A DNA stretch of 61,965 nucleotides, counting the filler. It is 12 parts of 12 records of this genome, joined end to end, with 100 filler letters (N's around TTAATTAATTAA, not from the genome) between each part and the next. Parts side by side here need not be neighbours in the genome. Positions count along the whole stretch, not along the records: positions 45,765 to 50,769 come from SRR15195285_8904; positions 50,870 to 54,786 come from SRR15195285_8909; positions 54,887 to 61,965 come from SRR15195285_8910; 9 more parts are not named here. One strand, written 5' to 3'. The notes beneath the pieces were generated by a model, which saw nothing but the letters and a program-made list of their open reading frames with translations, had not been told where the DNA came from and did not search any database. Both the position numbers and the translations under genes were made by a program. This document shows, in pieces, positions 48,824 to 61,300 of the stretch (position 1 is the stretch's first letter; each line of letters starts with the position of its first letter).

Positions 48824-50769
48824 CTATGCTTGCTGTGACTGTGGTTCTTTGTGAAGCACGGCGCTCTCTATCCTTGTCAAGCGCACATCGATGCCTTGCA
48901 TCTGCTGTGTGAGCATCGCCTCGAGACGTGTGATGTGATCCTGCAAAATGTCGACCACGGCTTGCAAGTGTTTCTGCACGCACACCGGGTCTTAAGTTAT
49001 TGCTGCATGTCACGAACGAGCTTGCTCCAATGTACATACTGTCGCAGGTGCTTCCTGATTTGTCACGCACCTCTTGTGCCGGCCCGCCAGCCGAAGCGTA
49101 CCCATCTTCGCCCGCTCGACTTTTTAGAACACTCGTAATATCGGAAGTCTGCCCTCGCGCTGGCACCACTGAGTCCAACTCGGCCTCTCCTTTAGCTCTG
49201 TTTGCCGTGCATTCGGTTCTGCCCGTCGCATCTGCAGTTGGTAGGGAATCGGTTGTATTCGCCATTGCAGCTAGTCGACGGGCTTGAAACTTCTTCATTT
49301 CGGCCTCCACAATCGGATATTTCTTGGCAAGCTCCTCCACCATATTGACTCGCAGCATTGACATGTGAACTGACTCTACTGCGATGGCATTCTTGTCACG
49401 CCGCACTTCGACAAGGTCCTGGCCACATGCAAGGTACTGAGGGATATTGATACACGGCCAGGCAGACGAAAAACTTGCGCACCTGAAAATCTAGTGCCTC
49501 CTCACCAAACACGTGTCCCACTGAAAAGAGCCCCGCGTCCGGATCTTCCTTGACGATATTCGCCTCCAGCTGCGGAATTGTCGACTCGTCCAGCTCGCCC
49601 TCGATTTCGTGACAAGCAGTGGTGAGGACCACCTCACCACGGTTGATGACAAACATCTCCCGAGCAGGCGTTCCGATTTTGTAAATGTAGTCGCCAGCGT
49701 CTGCCGGATAAGGGAGCAACATGCCACATATTTCGAAAACTACATCCTCTGGCAGACCGCGGAACAGAGGCACTTTTTTGATCCGTTCTCCGTAAAGGTG
49801 ATCCATCAGCTCGAAGGCAAGATTCGGAGGGAGCTTTGCCACAACTTTCTTCTCGTCGAAAGCTTTTGTCTGCTTGAAGAGCACGACTAGATACTTCCGC
49901 ACCTTACGCTGCAGCCCCGGAGGGAGGTGCTTCGCCCTCATGAACTCTTTGATCTCAGCAATTTCACCCTCTTGCCTCTCTTCCAGCTTGCGACTGGTAG
50001 AGATGATGCTGCCGACTGTACCCACAAGCGTACCGAAGACAATGGTGCCAAACAGCTCTGCTACAGCTCCGAAGAACATCTCGCTCTGCGTGGAGGGTGA
50101 AATATCACCGTACTGACCAACCACCGCAGAACGTCAAGCATCTGCGTCAGCCATTGGACGAACGCTATTGCAGTGGCAGGTGGTGGCAGAGTGGCTACAG
50201 TGAGACTCACGCCAACAGTAGTGAGTGTTGTCATCGCCCAGTAGAAGGAGCGAAGCCAGCGTGTTGTTGTTGACACGTTCTCCCCCCCACTCTTGACTGG
50301 ATACCCACCCCGAGATTCTCTGGTCGCCTGGGAGCACTTCATCGGTATTTCCAACCGTATACCACGCGCAGCCGACCAAGTGTGTGATGTAGATCACCAC
50401 GAACATCGTCGACAGCAGTTTGAAACTGCTTAGGAGACCTTCGAACTTATCATCAAGGCGGCGTAGCAGCGGCAGCATCTTTGTCAGACGCAATAGCTTC
50501 GCGAGCCGAATGAGGCGCAGCGCCTTGAAGACCTGCTGTGTACTGCCACCCTTCTCGTCTGTGTCATTGAAAACTAGCTCGATATAGCTGTATGGGAGGA
50601 CGGCAATCACGTCGATGAAGAACCAACCTTTGATGTATGTTGTAGCGATGAAACGCTTGTCATCGATCCGTCGAGTCTGACCAGACTCGCCAGCAATGAC
50701 GACACTGGTGCGAAAGTTGAGCACGATGTCACACATGAAGAACATGTCCACGCCCGACTCAAACCAGAA
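48824..50769 (-). CDS. 5'-truncated voltage-gated cyclic-nucleotide-binding-domain (EAG/HCN/CNG-like) K+ channel, multi-exon
   Basis: DIVLNFRT, YIKGWFFID, S4 LRLIRLAKLLRL, pore YWAMTTLTTVG|YGDI, C-linker, CNBD VPLF..GDYIY..EMFVINRG..FGE, terminal coiled coil. Confidence 0.88.
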
Positions 50770-50869
50770 NNNNNNNNNNNNNNNNNNNNNNNNNNNNNNN
50801 NNNNNNNNNNNNNTTAATTAATTAANNNNNNNNNNNNNNNNNNNNNNNNNNNNNNNNNNNNNNNNNNNN
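50770..50869. other. Artificial contig-joining spacer
   Basis: N44-TTAATTAATTAA-N44. Confidence 0.98.
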
Positions 50870-51152
50870 GGCGCCCAAGGGTGAAGGTAAGGGAGCAGCG
50901 CTGTCCGTGCTCCCCAAAGACGTCGACTGGCTTAAATCGGTTCGCTGGCCGAATTTCTCAGCTTCCCAAGATCCCAACCGACACACACACACCCCTCCTC
51001 ACCGTTCGCCATCTGCCGGACCCCTAAATCACATTGTAATGGCCCTGCTGCGCCTGCGTGCCACGCAGTCGCGCGGTGCCCCCGCGCCAGCCGTGCCCCC
51101 TCGAATGTTCGTTGCTTGGCTCTGCCTGGCCCTGCACCGTGACCCCGCAGCC

Positions 51153-52522
51153 ATGCACATCACTAGCTTACTCGCTGTGGCCGCAGCCATGGCTCAACCT
51201 GACGCCACCCAGCCGCTGCAGATTGAAGACATTGAGCTCACCAATGCAGGCATGGCGTCGTCGGCGCTGCCGCACAAGTCCTCGGTCCTAGCGGCAGGGC
51301 AGCTGGCCTTTCGATCGTGGGCTCTGGAGCGCCCACGCTACAACGTGGGCCCTGAGTTCGACTGCACTGAGGGAATGGAGTGCAACGACTGCCACTGGAC
51401 TGGCTCTACGTTCCTTTTGGGTGTTGTGCAGTGGCATCACGTGACGGGTGACGCACAGTATCTGGAATACGCGCGGCGTTGGGCAGAGCACTACAACTAC
51501 ACCGTATGTGGCGAACGGCCTGCGCGCGTTCAGGCGGTGGATACCCTGGCAACTACGCACCAGGAGCAGCTACGGCACAACATCAATCATCAACTCAGTG
51601 GGGCGATTTTCGCCGAGCTCTTCGCACTGGATGGCAAAGCGACGCAATTGCAGAGCACTGCAGCCGTGCTCATGGCTGAAATCGATGACCCGTCTACGGA
51701 CAACTTCTGGAGCTGGGTGGATGCGCTTCATATGGCGATGAATACGTACTCGCGCATGGGGAACGCCACAGGAGATGCGCATTACTTTTCAAAGCAGTTT
51801 GCCAACTTCAATGCGAGCGTGCTGACGGCGGCAGATGGTCAAAACAAGAGCGAAGGATCGAAGGATCCGACCGCCAGAGCGTTTGGTTTTTGGAATGCGA
51901 GTGCACAGCTATTTTATCGAGACACTCGGTTCCTTGGCACAGATATCTTCTGGTCGCGTGGAAACGGGTGGGCGCTCGCTGCGTTGGTGGCAGCGCTGCA
52001 GTATGGTGGGGGCGCTGGCACCACAGATCCACAATATCATGTCTACCTTAGGCTGTTTCGGGCACTCGCGGCAAAGCTAGCAGAATTACAGCCGTAAGTT
52101 GTACATTTGTGAAATTATCGGCTGCATTTCTGAGGCCGCCACTGTTTGACTGATCACTTTCACCGTGCATGCTTGTCAACGCGCGGTCTGTGTACAGGAA
52201 GGATGGCGCATGGAGGGCGTCACTGCTTGATCCGTCGCACTTCCTCGTGCCGGAAACATCAGGCACGGCCGAGTTTGTATTCGGTATTGCGTGGGGGGTC
52301 AACGAAGGTCTGCTGCCAGCGGCAACATACCGCCCGGTAGTTGCCAGAGGCTGGAACTGGCTCGAAGGCACGGCACTTCACAAAGATAGCGGACTGGTGG
52401 GCTTCTGCCAGCCCGGGGGTGACCAGCCAGAAAACAACTTCAACTCAAGCTCGACAACAAACTTCTGCGTGGGGCAGTTTATGCTAGCAGCAGGACAGGT
52501 GCTGAGAATGGTAAAGGACTGA
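51153..52522 (+). CDS. Secreted GH105/GH88 unsaturated glycuronyl (rhamnogalacturonyl) hydrolase; intron 52094-52197
   Basis: WSWVDALHMA, LFYRD, FWSRGNGW, LQP|KDGAWRASLLDP..ETSGTAEF..GIAWG..G. Confidence 0.85.
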
Positions 52523-52937
52523 GTATGGTGGCAGGGCACGAGTTCTCGCATTCTTGGAGCGTTGTTGCTGGTGCTGCTGCGTCATACCCATTCACTCAAT
52601 TGCAATGATCCTACATGCGCTTGCATTACGTTTGTGCCGGCTGCGGCTGCAGTAGGAGCTGCGCCAACCAAGTGAGGCCTTACGCCCAACCGCTAGTTTG
52701 GCGCCTGACCCCTCGAATGGCGCCATTCCCGTCGCTGCGAGAATAAATTTCGAGAGTTGCACCGTCTCGCCGCTGGAGAAATTGCCAGGACACCATGCGG
52801 ATGATGTTTTAAAACGTCGATGCTCGTCCCAGCGAGCAAACTACAACGAATTTTCATGGTCACACTCCTCTCTGAGTGTTGGCTTTGCTACGATCAGAGG
52901 GGCGAAGTCCAGTCCTCCATGGGTGCCAAAGTGAATT

Positions 52938-54680
52938 TCATTTCAGAAACGTGCACCATCCTGCGTCAGGACCTGATGTCACTGAGCTCTTGAAGTAGCA
53001 CGGCACAGCCTGTCCGTATGCGTTCGGGTCGGGTGACTGAAAGCAAAACCCTACACAGCCAGGGAGCATGACGCAGATCGCTTTCGCGTGTTCGACTGTG
53101 ACCGTCTGGGTGTCGATATCGTCTCCTGCGGCCAACACCATCCCACGGCGCACACCACCGCTGACGTATCCGGACGGTGGCGCCATGACTACGGGTGCTG
53201 TGGGCGGCAGAAGTGTGGTACCAACTGTTGGTGGCGAAGGCTGCTGCAAGGTGGGATGAGGTGCAGGCATGAGGCGTGCCCATCGCTCTTCAAACCAGCG
53301 AGCGCCCGATCCAGTCTCCTCCTTGTCCTGTATTGTTGCCCAAGCAGGTGGCGGGTCTAGTGTCGTTGACATGTCATTTCGCGGCCGTCTGTAGAACACT
53401 CGGCCACTGTTGGTGTGTCGCACCCAAACGTCGACTTCAAGCCGCCGGATGGGGCGTCGCGAGGCGACGGAATCACTCCACCGCGCTTGCACCATTCTTT
53501 TCAGGTCGACGTAGCGCTCACGCCGTTCGTCGATGTCCAGATGCCGCTCAGCAATGTTTCCCTGTCGCACCAACTCAAACTTCCTCTCCATGCGTGCACA
53601 GAGGTGGGGCTCGTAGGTTTGCCAACTCCCGTCTTCCCTCTGCCACTGCCAGCGAGTCGCTGGTGCGTTGCCCACTGCTGGTCCTGCGACTGGCCGCAGT
53701 TGTGGCGGTAGCGGCAATATGGCTGCCACTGACGCCGCGGCAATCGTGGCTACCGCTGGAGCTGACACAGCTTCACAACTGCGGCTGCTACAGTGGCCAC
53801 TGCCGTCCAGGAAGCCAATGCCACAGGTCGGGCACATTCGGGCCACCATCGCCGTCGGTGACGTCGGCGTGGGGCAGACCATCTCGACGCTGCGCACCAT
53901 CTTGGTCGCGTCTTCGCGGTGGATCGTCACGGCGGATGGCCCCGCAGTGGACTGCAGAGCCAAGAGCTGCTCCTCCCAGACGGTCATATGCTCCATATAG
54001 GCGTCGATGACTCGCTGCTGTTTTGTATCCGAGCCGTAAAAGGCTCGTCGCGCCCAATCCATCTTCTGGGCGAAAAGGTCAAACATGGGCGGCAGGAAAA
54101 TACTGACAGCTCGGAGTCCTGACGCGTGGTCTTGACCCAAGCGACTCTCGTGCAAGTAAGCCACAGTGACCAAGAGGTGGTGCACGTGGACCTGGTGCGT
54201 CCACATTTTCTCATCGGCCAGCACGTCCGCTAGCGCGACTCGGTCCTGCGCCCGAACCAGCTCGTCCAACGCCGACTTTACGTGCTCTAACCTCTGAGCT
54301 GCATCTCCCGCGTTGGCAGCGAGTTGCATGAAAGTCACTGCCGACCCGAGCCCTTCCGAAGCGAACTGATCTCGCAGCGAACCTTCGCTTGCCCCGGGCC
54401 TCCACGAGAGGAACGCCCGCGTGTTGTCAAGCGCCCTGTGGCCCAACACCTCGCCGAGCGCACACGCAGCGCCTTCGCTGAGTTGCTGGCCGAGTTTGAC
54501 GATGATCCCACTGAGCGCAGGCGAGGCCTTGATCGCCAAACCTCCGGCCACGATCACCCCAGCCGTCGCAGCCATCCCACGCAGCAGCGTCCTCAGGTCG
54601 GCGCCGCCGCCACCACCACCACCGCTGCTGCTGCTGCACAATGTGCACCTCTGGAGAGCAGTGTGAACCCGTCTGACCAC
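52938..54680 (-). CDS. WWE-domain protein; start uncertain (ATG at 54575)
   Basis: RWQWQREDGSWQTYEP..MERKF..YVDLKRMVQ..RRPIRR (WWE). C-terminal Cys-rich AKAIC..PGCVGF..CYFK. Confidence 0.65.
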   Translation of the reverse strand: MVRRVHTALQRCTLCSSSSGGGGGGGADLRTLLRGMAATAGVIVAGGLAIKASPALSGIIVKLGQQLSEGAACALGEVLGHRALDNTRAFLSWRPGASEGSLRDQFASEGLGSAVTFMQLAANAGDAAQRLEHVKSALDELVRAQDRVALADVLADEKMWTHQVHVHHLLVTVAYLHESRLGQDHASGLRAVSIFLPPMFDLFAQKMDWARRAFYGSDTKQQRVIDAYMEHMTVWEEQLLALQSTAGPSAVTIHREDATKMVRSVEMVCPTPTSPTAMVARMCPTCGIGFLDGSGHCSSRSCEAVSAPAVATIAAASVAAILPLPPQLRPVAGPAVGNAPATRWQWQREDGSWQTYEPHLCARMERKFELVRQGNIAERHLDIDERRERYVDLKRMVQARWSDSVASRRPIRRLEVDVWVRHTNSGRVFYRRPRNDMSTTLDPPPAWATIQDKEETGSGARWFEERWARLMPAPHPTLQQPSPPTVGTTLLPPTAPVVMAPPSGYVSGGVRRGMVLAAGDDIDTQTVTVEHAKAICVMLPGCVGFCFQSPDPNAYGQAVPCYFKSSVTSGPDAGWCTFLK

Positions 54681-54786
54681 CTCGCCGCCCCGGTGCAGTT
54701 GAAAAAATGCATTGGTCTACTAATGTAGTATGGTCACCGCTCACCCCTCAGCCTCACCGGCGCAACTACGATATAGAAGAAACACA

Positions 54787-54886
54787 NNNNNNNNNNNNNN
54801 NNNNNNNNNNNNNNNNNNNNNNNNNNNNNNTTAATTAATTAANNNNNNNNNNNNNNNNNNNNNNNNNNNNNNNNNNNNNNNNNNNN
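54787..54886. other. Artificial contig-joining spacer
   Basis: N44-TTAATTAATTAA-N44. Confidence 0.98.
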
Positions 54887-55141
54887 CTAGCAAAAGCAGG
54901 TGCTGGTTTTATGGCGATGCACGACGGCAAGCAGAAGTCCTTTGCCCTTGACAAGTGTGAAAACATCAACAAGGTGGACAATGATGAATGTTTGCTGAGT
55001 AGTGATAGCGATGAGGACAATGACAAAATGAAGTCAGAACTACATAACTTACAAAAAGAGAACTCGGAACTACAGATGATGATCGGGCAACTGGAGACGC
55101 AGATAGAGGCAATAAGGTTTGCGGTGGGTGAAGCATTATGA
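54887..55141 (+). CDS. 3' fragment of a coiled-coil protein
   Basis: Open frame from the contig edge ending KSELHNLQKENSELQMMIGQLETQIEAIR. Confidence 0.35.
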   Translation, partial: LAKAGAGFMAMHDGKQKSFALDKCENINKVDNDECLLSSDSDEDNDKMKSELHNLQKENSELQMMIGQLETQIEAIRFAVGEAL

Positions 55142-55983
55142 CAGCACCGAGATTGAAGCTTTCTCAGGAAGCCAAGTTAGACTACGGAAGCTCATCTAGA
55201 TTGAGCGTATTGAATGACGTGTCTCGTTTTTGTGTGAAGTGTTTTTTCGCGTCCCATCCATTGCCCGACCGCGCACCCTGCTGCGCAGATGCGAATCCAG
55301 TACCGAATATTGTGCAGTAGTTGCTACAACTTAGGCTCAATACTTCGATGGTTCACAACCGCAACGTATGTTTAATGCTTATATTTAGTGCTTGCGTCGA
55401 GTGTCGCTGACGCGATACCAGATGCAGTGTCAACAGTAGACGTCACTCTGCATCTCACGGACTATATGGATAGCTCTACTGCAACCCAAGCGAGTCCTTG
55501 GGTTGCAGAAGACGTTCAGCGCATCCCTTCTCTGGACGTTGCTGGCGAATCTCGTGCGATCGATCCAGGTGCGACAGGAGATGCAAAAGGCAGCATCCGA
55601 TGCTGGTCCCAAGCTCCGCAGCGCTGTAACTGGAGCCACTGATCGATGTTTGACTGTGTCGCGTAGTTCCTCGATGAGCAGTTGACGTTGTCACAGAAGG
55701 AAGCTTTGGTGCAGCGAGGAGAGATCGAGAAGCTGCACGCCACAGTCAAGCACCCGGCCCAAATCATCGATGCACTGCAACGAGATAGCGATGCGTGAAT
55801 GGAGCTAGCTATTGTTCCCCACCTAATCGCTAATGTCCTGCTGATGAGTGGGATTCAAAGAGAACATGGCTGAACTTGGGTGCAGAAATCCTTGAGACTA
55901 TGTTTGTGCAACCACGAACTCTAAGCACGATCGAGGTGGGCCGTGGAGATTGCATCATTAGCAGTGGCAGGCATCAATCTATG

Positions 55984-57501
55984 CTATGCGCTGGCGATCG
56001 GCTGCGCGAATGTGAAGACATGATCGCAATCATTCTCCCAGCCTGCGCCGTTGGTTAGCACGACCGGATGACCAGTCTTATCAAACCCGAGATGTGGCCG
56101 CTCCCGTTGCCTCAAGGTGATTGCCGACCCATTGGTAAGACGCACAGTATGGTTGAAGGCATTCCACGGTGAAAACGTCCACTTTACACCGTCTGTGCTC
56201 CAGGCGTGGCCACCTGCAGCTCCTCCACTGTCCTTCTCCACGTCCGAATGAAAAATCGCATGGTACGACCCTGGATTGGCTGAGCCTTTGGACGCAAGCC
56301 ACACGTGTGCATCCTCAATGTGGGTATGTGTGGCAGCTGTCTGGTTTGCAAATATGTTTGCTCGGGACCACCGGTATGGACCCCGCCAAGAAGGAGCAGA
56401 TGCAAGTGCCATGCAAGATGCAGCTGGACATGCGGTTGGTTGCGGATCCATCAAGGTCGTGCGCCACATCATCTGTACGGATCCATCCTGCTTGACTAGT
56501 GGGGCTGGGTTCGTATCACCGCATTTAGGGCAACCTGGAATCTTGGAGCCGAAGCCAGCACTTAATGTCTCCCATGGGCCTTCAAATGAGTTCGAGTACA
56601 GGATTGAGGTTGGACCGTGGAATGTACCCCCGCCCGTCCACTTGTGGTCGCTGCCTGTGCAGTGGGAGCAGTTGGATGCGTAGTTCGAGCCTGGCCCCGT
56701 TTCATTTTCTCCGGCGCCGATGTGCCAGATCATAATCGTGCCGTCCGACCCCATGAGCGCGACAGGTTCGTGGGCAAAGTGTGGCTTGATGAAGCGCTTG
56801 AACGCATACGGGCCCTCCGGTGAGCTCGCAGTCGCATGGCCAAGAGCGCTGTTGGGTCTCCAGGCTGCTAGGCCACACCCATGCTCCATCACGGCGGCAT
56901 ACATGTGCCATGTACCGTCCGTTAGGTTTTGCAGTATAGTGCCACCCCAAGAAGACAGCTTTGCGTCCTGCAGGCCTGCGCTGATCGACGCCGGAAGCAA
57001 GTTGAGTCGCTGGCAGCGTGAGCCTGTCCATGCCGGGTCACACTCGCATCTCCCGCGGGTACAGGCGCCGTTCAGCTGGCAGTCTTCGTTGTCCTTACAT
57101 GGGCCAGCCGGTTGTGGCCGAGGCAGTGGCGGCGACAATGGTGGCGGCGGTACGGGGGTGCCGGCGGCCCGGATGTAGCCCGAGTCCACCAGGTTCTGCT
57201 TTATGGGGTTCCAGTAGCTACTGGTGCGAGCGTAACAGTGGCAGCTATAGTTGCCGCTGCCAGCCGGCGGAAAATCACACTCGTGGTACGTCCACGACGC
57301 GGCCCTTGGATCGGCTGTGGCTGCTGCTTCGCACTGGCTCGCACTGTCAAACGTCCCCACAAGTAAAACACCCGCCTTCGGATTGCCTCGGGGAGTGGGC
57401 ATGCTACCACCCACATTGTTCTCGTCTTTAACGAACTTTGGAGGGGATCGAGTACTGGCAGTGCTCAAGGCGGCCAGCGCAACAGCCAAGCTGGGCATCA
57501 T
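55984..57501 (-). CDS. Secreted protein with apple-like and EGF domains and a five-bladed beta-propeller (GH43/GH117-like) hydrolase domain
   Basis: Signal MMPSLAVALAALS, EGF CQLNGAC..CECDPAWTG..C, SSWGG, GPY..FAHEP, TNPAP, IEDAHVW, RERP. Confidence 0.7.
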   Translation of the reverse strand: MMPSLAVALAALSTASTRSPPKFVKDENNVGGSMPTPRGNPKAGVLLVGTFDSASQCEAAATADPRAASWTYHECDFPPAGSGNYSCHCYARTSSYWNPIKQNLVDSGYIRAAGTPVPPPPLSPPLPRPQPAGPCKDNEDCQLNGACTRGRCECDPAWTGSRCQRLNLLPASISAGLQDAKLSSWGGTILQNLTDGTWHMYAAVMEHGCGLAAWRPNSALGHATASSPEGPYAFKRFIKPHFAHEPVALMGSDGTIMIWHIGAGENETGPGSNYASNCSHCTGSDHKWTGGGTFHGPTSILYSNSFEGPWETLSAGFGSKIPGCPKCGDTNPAPLVKQDGSVQMMWRTTLMDPQPTACPAASCMALASAPSWRGPYRWSRANIFANQTAATHTHIEDAHVWLASKGSANPGSYHAIFHSDVEKDSGGAAGGHAWSTDGVKWTFSPWNAFNHTVRLTNGSAITLRQRERPHLGFDKTGHPVVLTNGAGWENDCDHVFTFAQPIASA

Positions 57502-57724
57502 CTCGCCCTCGCTCGCTCTTCTGCGCGCACTGCCAGCGTGTGCGCCGGCGGCCGCGCGGGTGCGCATGCGTGCGCGCGTATGCGTCGATCAGACCCTCGT
57601 GCCTTGCAAGGCCCTTGGGTCAGTAGACAGTACATGTACCCAGGTTGTACGTCCGAACATAATTAGTATTGAGGTTCAGCTGAGTTACAGGCTCAATACT
57701 AATTGGTAATGGCAAGAACCTACA

Positions 57725-57804
57725 GCTGAGGAGCCGATACTGATTAGCATTGGGCAGAACTCAGTGCTGAGGTGCCGATACTGATTAGTATTGGGCAGAA
57801 CTCA
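57725..57804. repeat. Two-copy tandem duplication, 41-bp period
   Basis: gctgagg(a/t)gccgatactgattag(c/t)attgggcagaactca x2. Confidence 0.8.
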
Positions 57805-58390
57805 ACGGTAAGCAAGAATCAGGGCCCGTACAACGTACCAGTGAGTACCGTTGTACTGGTACGTACTTGTAAGCAAGAATCAATCGACGGTGTATATCAT
57901 CTTCTCCGAATCGCGCAGGCAGGCTGCCCAAGGCCAGGAATGATAGGGGTGAACAATGTCCTGGCAATCAATGTGGCAATCGTAGCTCGATTAACGGTGC
58001 GTGAGCGTGGGTTGTGCATATGTCACGACTGGAACGGGACACCTTGGACGCAGGATCGACGGAGAAAGTGCGAGTGAATAGGACTTGACGGGACGGATAG
58101 CGCCGGAGATGGGGTGATCTACCGTCCGCGGCCGATGTCAGGAGCTGGCCGGGCGACTACGTTGAAGAGGACTTCGGGGTCGACGGTGCGGCGACCTGCG
58201 TGGGCGTCTTCGGCGGCGGGCCTGTGGAGGAACTTACAGCGGATCAATGCTGGGGCATCGGGCGATGATGGTGCTGCGGGAAACACCCAGTGGTGCGTTC
58301 GACGCCGAGAAGATGACCGTGGATTCGCTTGCTATTGGCCTTGCCGTGGAGGTTGATTCCTCACAAGGAACATTTGCGAAGTTGATTCAT

Positions 58391-61300
58391 TTAGGGCATC
58401 GGTGCCCCTACATTTCGTTGCGGGCCATTACGACGCTCTAACGAACTTGGACCAGAATCTAGTGACGAAAACGATGGGTGCGATGCCGCGACATGGTCAC
58501 GTCTATGCGTAGCCGTGTCGAGCGCTGACAACACACGACGCTGCGTGCGCAACGCTACCTCTTCGATCTTGTTGACGAGATCTTCCCTCTTCTCATCTGT
58601 CGGCGACGTCGCTTCGAAATCTCGTTTAATCCCCTCCAAGTCTGCTCCGCCTGCACGGAAAGCGTCTCTTCGCAAGGTCATATCCTCTGCTTCAATTATT
58701 GCGTTGGATGTGCTCGCGATAGCGACCATTGCAGGGATCCACTGCTGCAACTCAAAATAGGCAAAGCCTACAGTGAAGCTCGATGCAAGAAATGCAATGC
58801 TTTCCATCAAACGAAGTTTCGAATCCCACCACCTGTAAGTGCAGACGTAGATGCAGACACACATGATTAGCTACGACGTCGGTGCAGCAGCCTACGCTTG
58901 CGAACGAATTTGTGACCCCACTCTGGGAACACCCACGCCAGTGACACGATGACTACACAGTAGGCGCACGGTGTGCCAGAATTCGCAAGAGTTTGCGCAA
59001 CGTCCGGCAACAAAGCATAACGCGGCACAGTACATTTGACCACGGTGTGTGTTCGTTGTGCACGTGTAAGCTTCGTAGTGGCCATTTGCAATGAATTGCG
59101 CGTGATATCGCACCGAGCTAATTCGATGTACTCAATGATAAGTGGCTCCAATCTGAACTGTCGATACTCATCAATTGTGATCGGTGAGAGCAAGTCATCC
59201 ATCGAAGCGCCACGAACATCGCTCGGGCCCAAATCCAATCGGCGAAAGCAATTCATCCATCGAACCGCCGCGTACATCGTTGTCGCCAAAATCTTAAGGT
59301 GTTTGAAACATTGCAAGCAAATGGTTGAATGATATTGGTGTTCTTCTATTCTGCTTTCGAAAATCAAAATTTTCTTTCTTCTCTGTTCGATCATCTCCTT
59401 TAAGTCTTCAGATGTTAGATGCTTTGGGATCGCCGCGGCCTCAGAAACACTTTTGTCAATCTCCTTTAACCGGTCCATCAGAGCTCGGTGTACCGCTTGA
59501 GTCTCGTCGCTCTCCTCGTGCTGCTCATCACCCAAATATCCAGCCTCTTCGCTCAGTTCGATGTTCTCTGGTTGATTTACAGATGCATCCTTCTTAGTTT
59601 GACGGTTTGGTGCGCCTGTGACTGAGCCCGTAATTAAATCAATCAGTCGTTTTCTTTCGTCGGTGTGAGCCTCGCCTCTTCCTTCCGGTCCAACCCTCTC
59701 TCTTAAGCTCTGCAAACTGAAATCCTTCCTTAGCAAGTTGTCGAGATGCTCCAGGCGCTGTTGGCCTCTCGTTCGGTGCGCATCAATTTCTGCCAGCACT
59801 GCAAGTACGGCTTTTCTATCGCTATCGTGCTCGGCCCGTTCCAGCTTGTACTCCATCAGCTTGATGAAAGCCTCTCTACCGCGTACGTTTGCACTATAGC
59901 TTTCCATTCGGTTCAGAGTCTGCTTCACATAAGCTGATATGTTGGATACCTTGAAGTGTTCAAACCGCCGATCGTTCTGTTTGTTACGTAGAATCTGACG
60001 TTGACAACCACTCGAGTACACTCCAACGTGAGACCGAAATCGATAGATTTCTGACTCAACAGAATGCATGGCGAGAGCTAAATGGTCGCCAGTTCTTCTG
60101 CCTCCAGTGGAGACTAGATATCCCCCAAGAGCAGTGCCGATCATCGGCAGGATTTTACACGACAACTCGGAGACATCGATGGTCCATTCGATCATGTCTT
60201 CTGTGATTGCATACAGCAGATTGTTAGAGTCGGATCCGTCACCATCATCGGCAACAATGGCAAAGTGTCGGGCAGTCTCCTCATTTGTAGAATAGATGAA
60301 GATGATCGAGAAACAGGTGGTGAGTAACGCCAGGATCAGGACAAGATAATTCAAGCACCGCCACTTCTTCGTTTGTTTAAAGGACTGACAGGCGCGAAAC
60401 CCACATGGCCGTTAGTGTCACATGCACAGATGCTGGCGCAAACAACAACACTTACAGCTCTTTCAAATTGGAAGAAATAGTTCCAGGCGAAGTGCTGCAA
60501 CAGCTTTGTTTCTTCCTGGCCGTATGAAGCCTCTGTTTGCACAATCCTCTTGATGTGATTCACCTACATATGTAGTGAAGTGTCGACCGAGTACCGATCA
60601 GTACAACATTCTACCGCGACTGCCAATGGATGTGTTAGCACATATTGCACACCTGCTCTTCGTAGACACTGTCTTCTACTTGATCTGTCGTTGGCCTATC
60701 AGACGGGGAATCCACCTTCTGGAACGGAATTTGGCGCAGATCTTTGAGATCGTCCACAATTTGAAATGCTCTGTTGTTGCGGCTAATTTGATCGAAATCG
60801 CCACGTTTGACACGCTCTCTGATGAGTAGATGAGAGAATCTGGCCCTTGTTCGCAGGATGATAGGATCACTATGGCAGTCGCTTCGAGCTATGTCATCAA
60901 CTGAACGTCCAGCAACGGAATGGCTGCCGACAATGATCGGTCTCCCTTGGCTCCGCAATTTCTCCTGTACGTCATCTTTCAACTCACCCATCTCAACGGT
61001 ACCAATGTAGACCCCTTCGTAAGGATCACTCGCGGTCTCCGTCGCCAACCGGCGTCGCTCAACGATGTCGATGCGCTTTTGTATAGCCATTCCGATGGTT
61101 TCATGCAGCTGGAGCTCCGGCCTCCGCTGACGGGTTCTTGTGAAAAGTTCGTGTTCATCCATAGTCAAAAGCTTTGTCACAATATAGGCAAGCCGTGAGT
61201 TCCTCCTGAGTTCCTCCTCCGTGAGTTCCTCCTCCGACTTGTTCTGCCCAATCGTGATCGTTTCCTTTAGGGTTTCCTTAAACTGGTCCATAATGCTGCG

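Noticed and set aside
57725-57804. Mini CRISPR array
   Set aside because: Only two adjacent copies, no unique spacer, no cas genes, and a eukaryotic context
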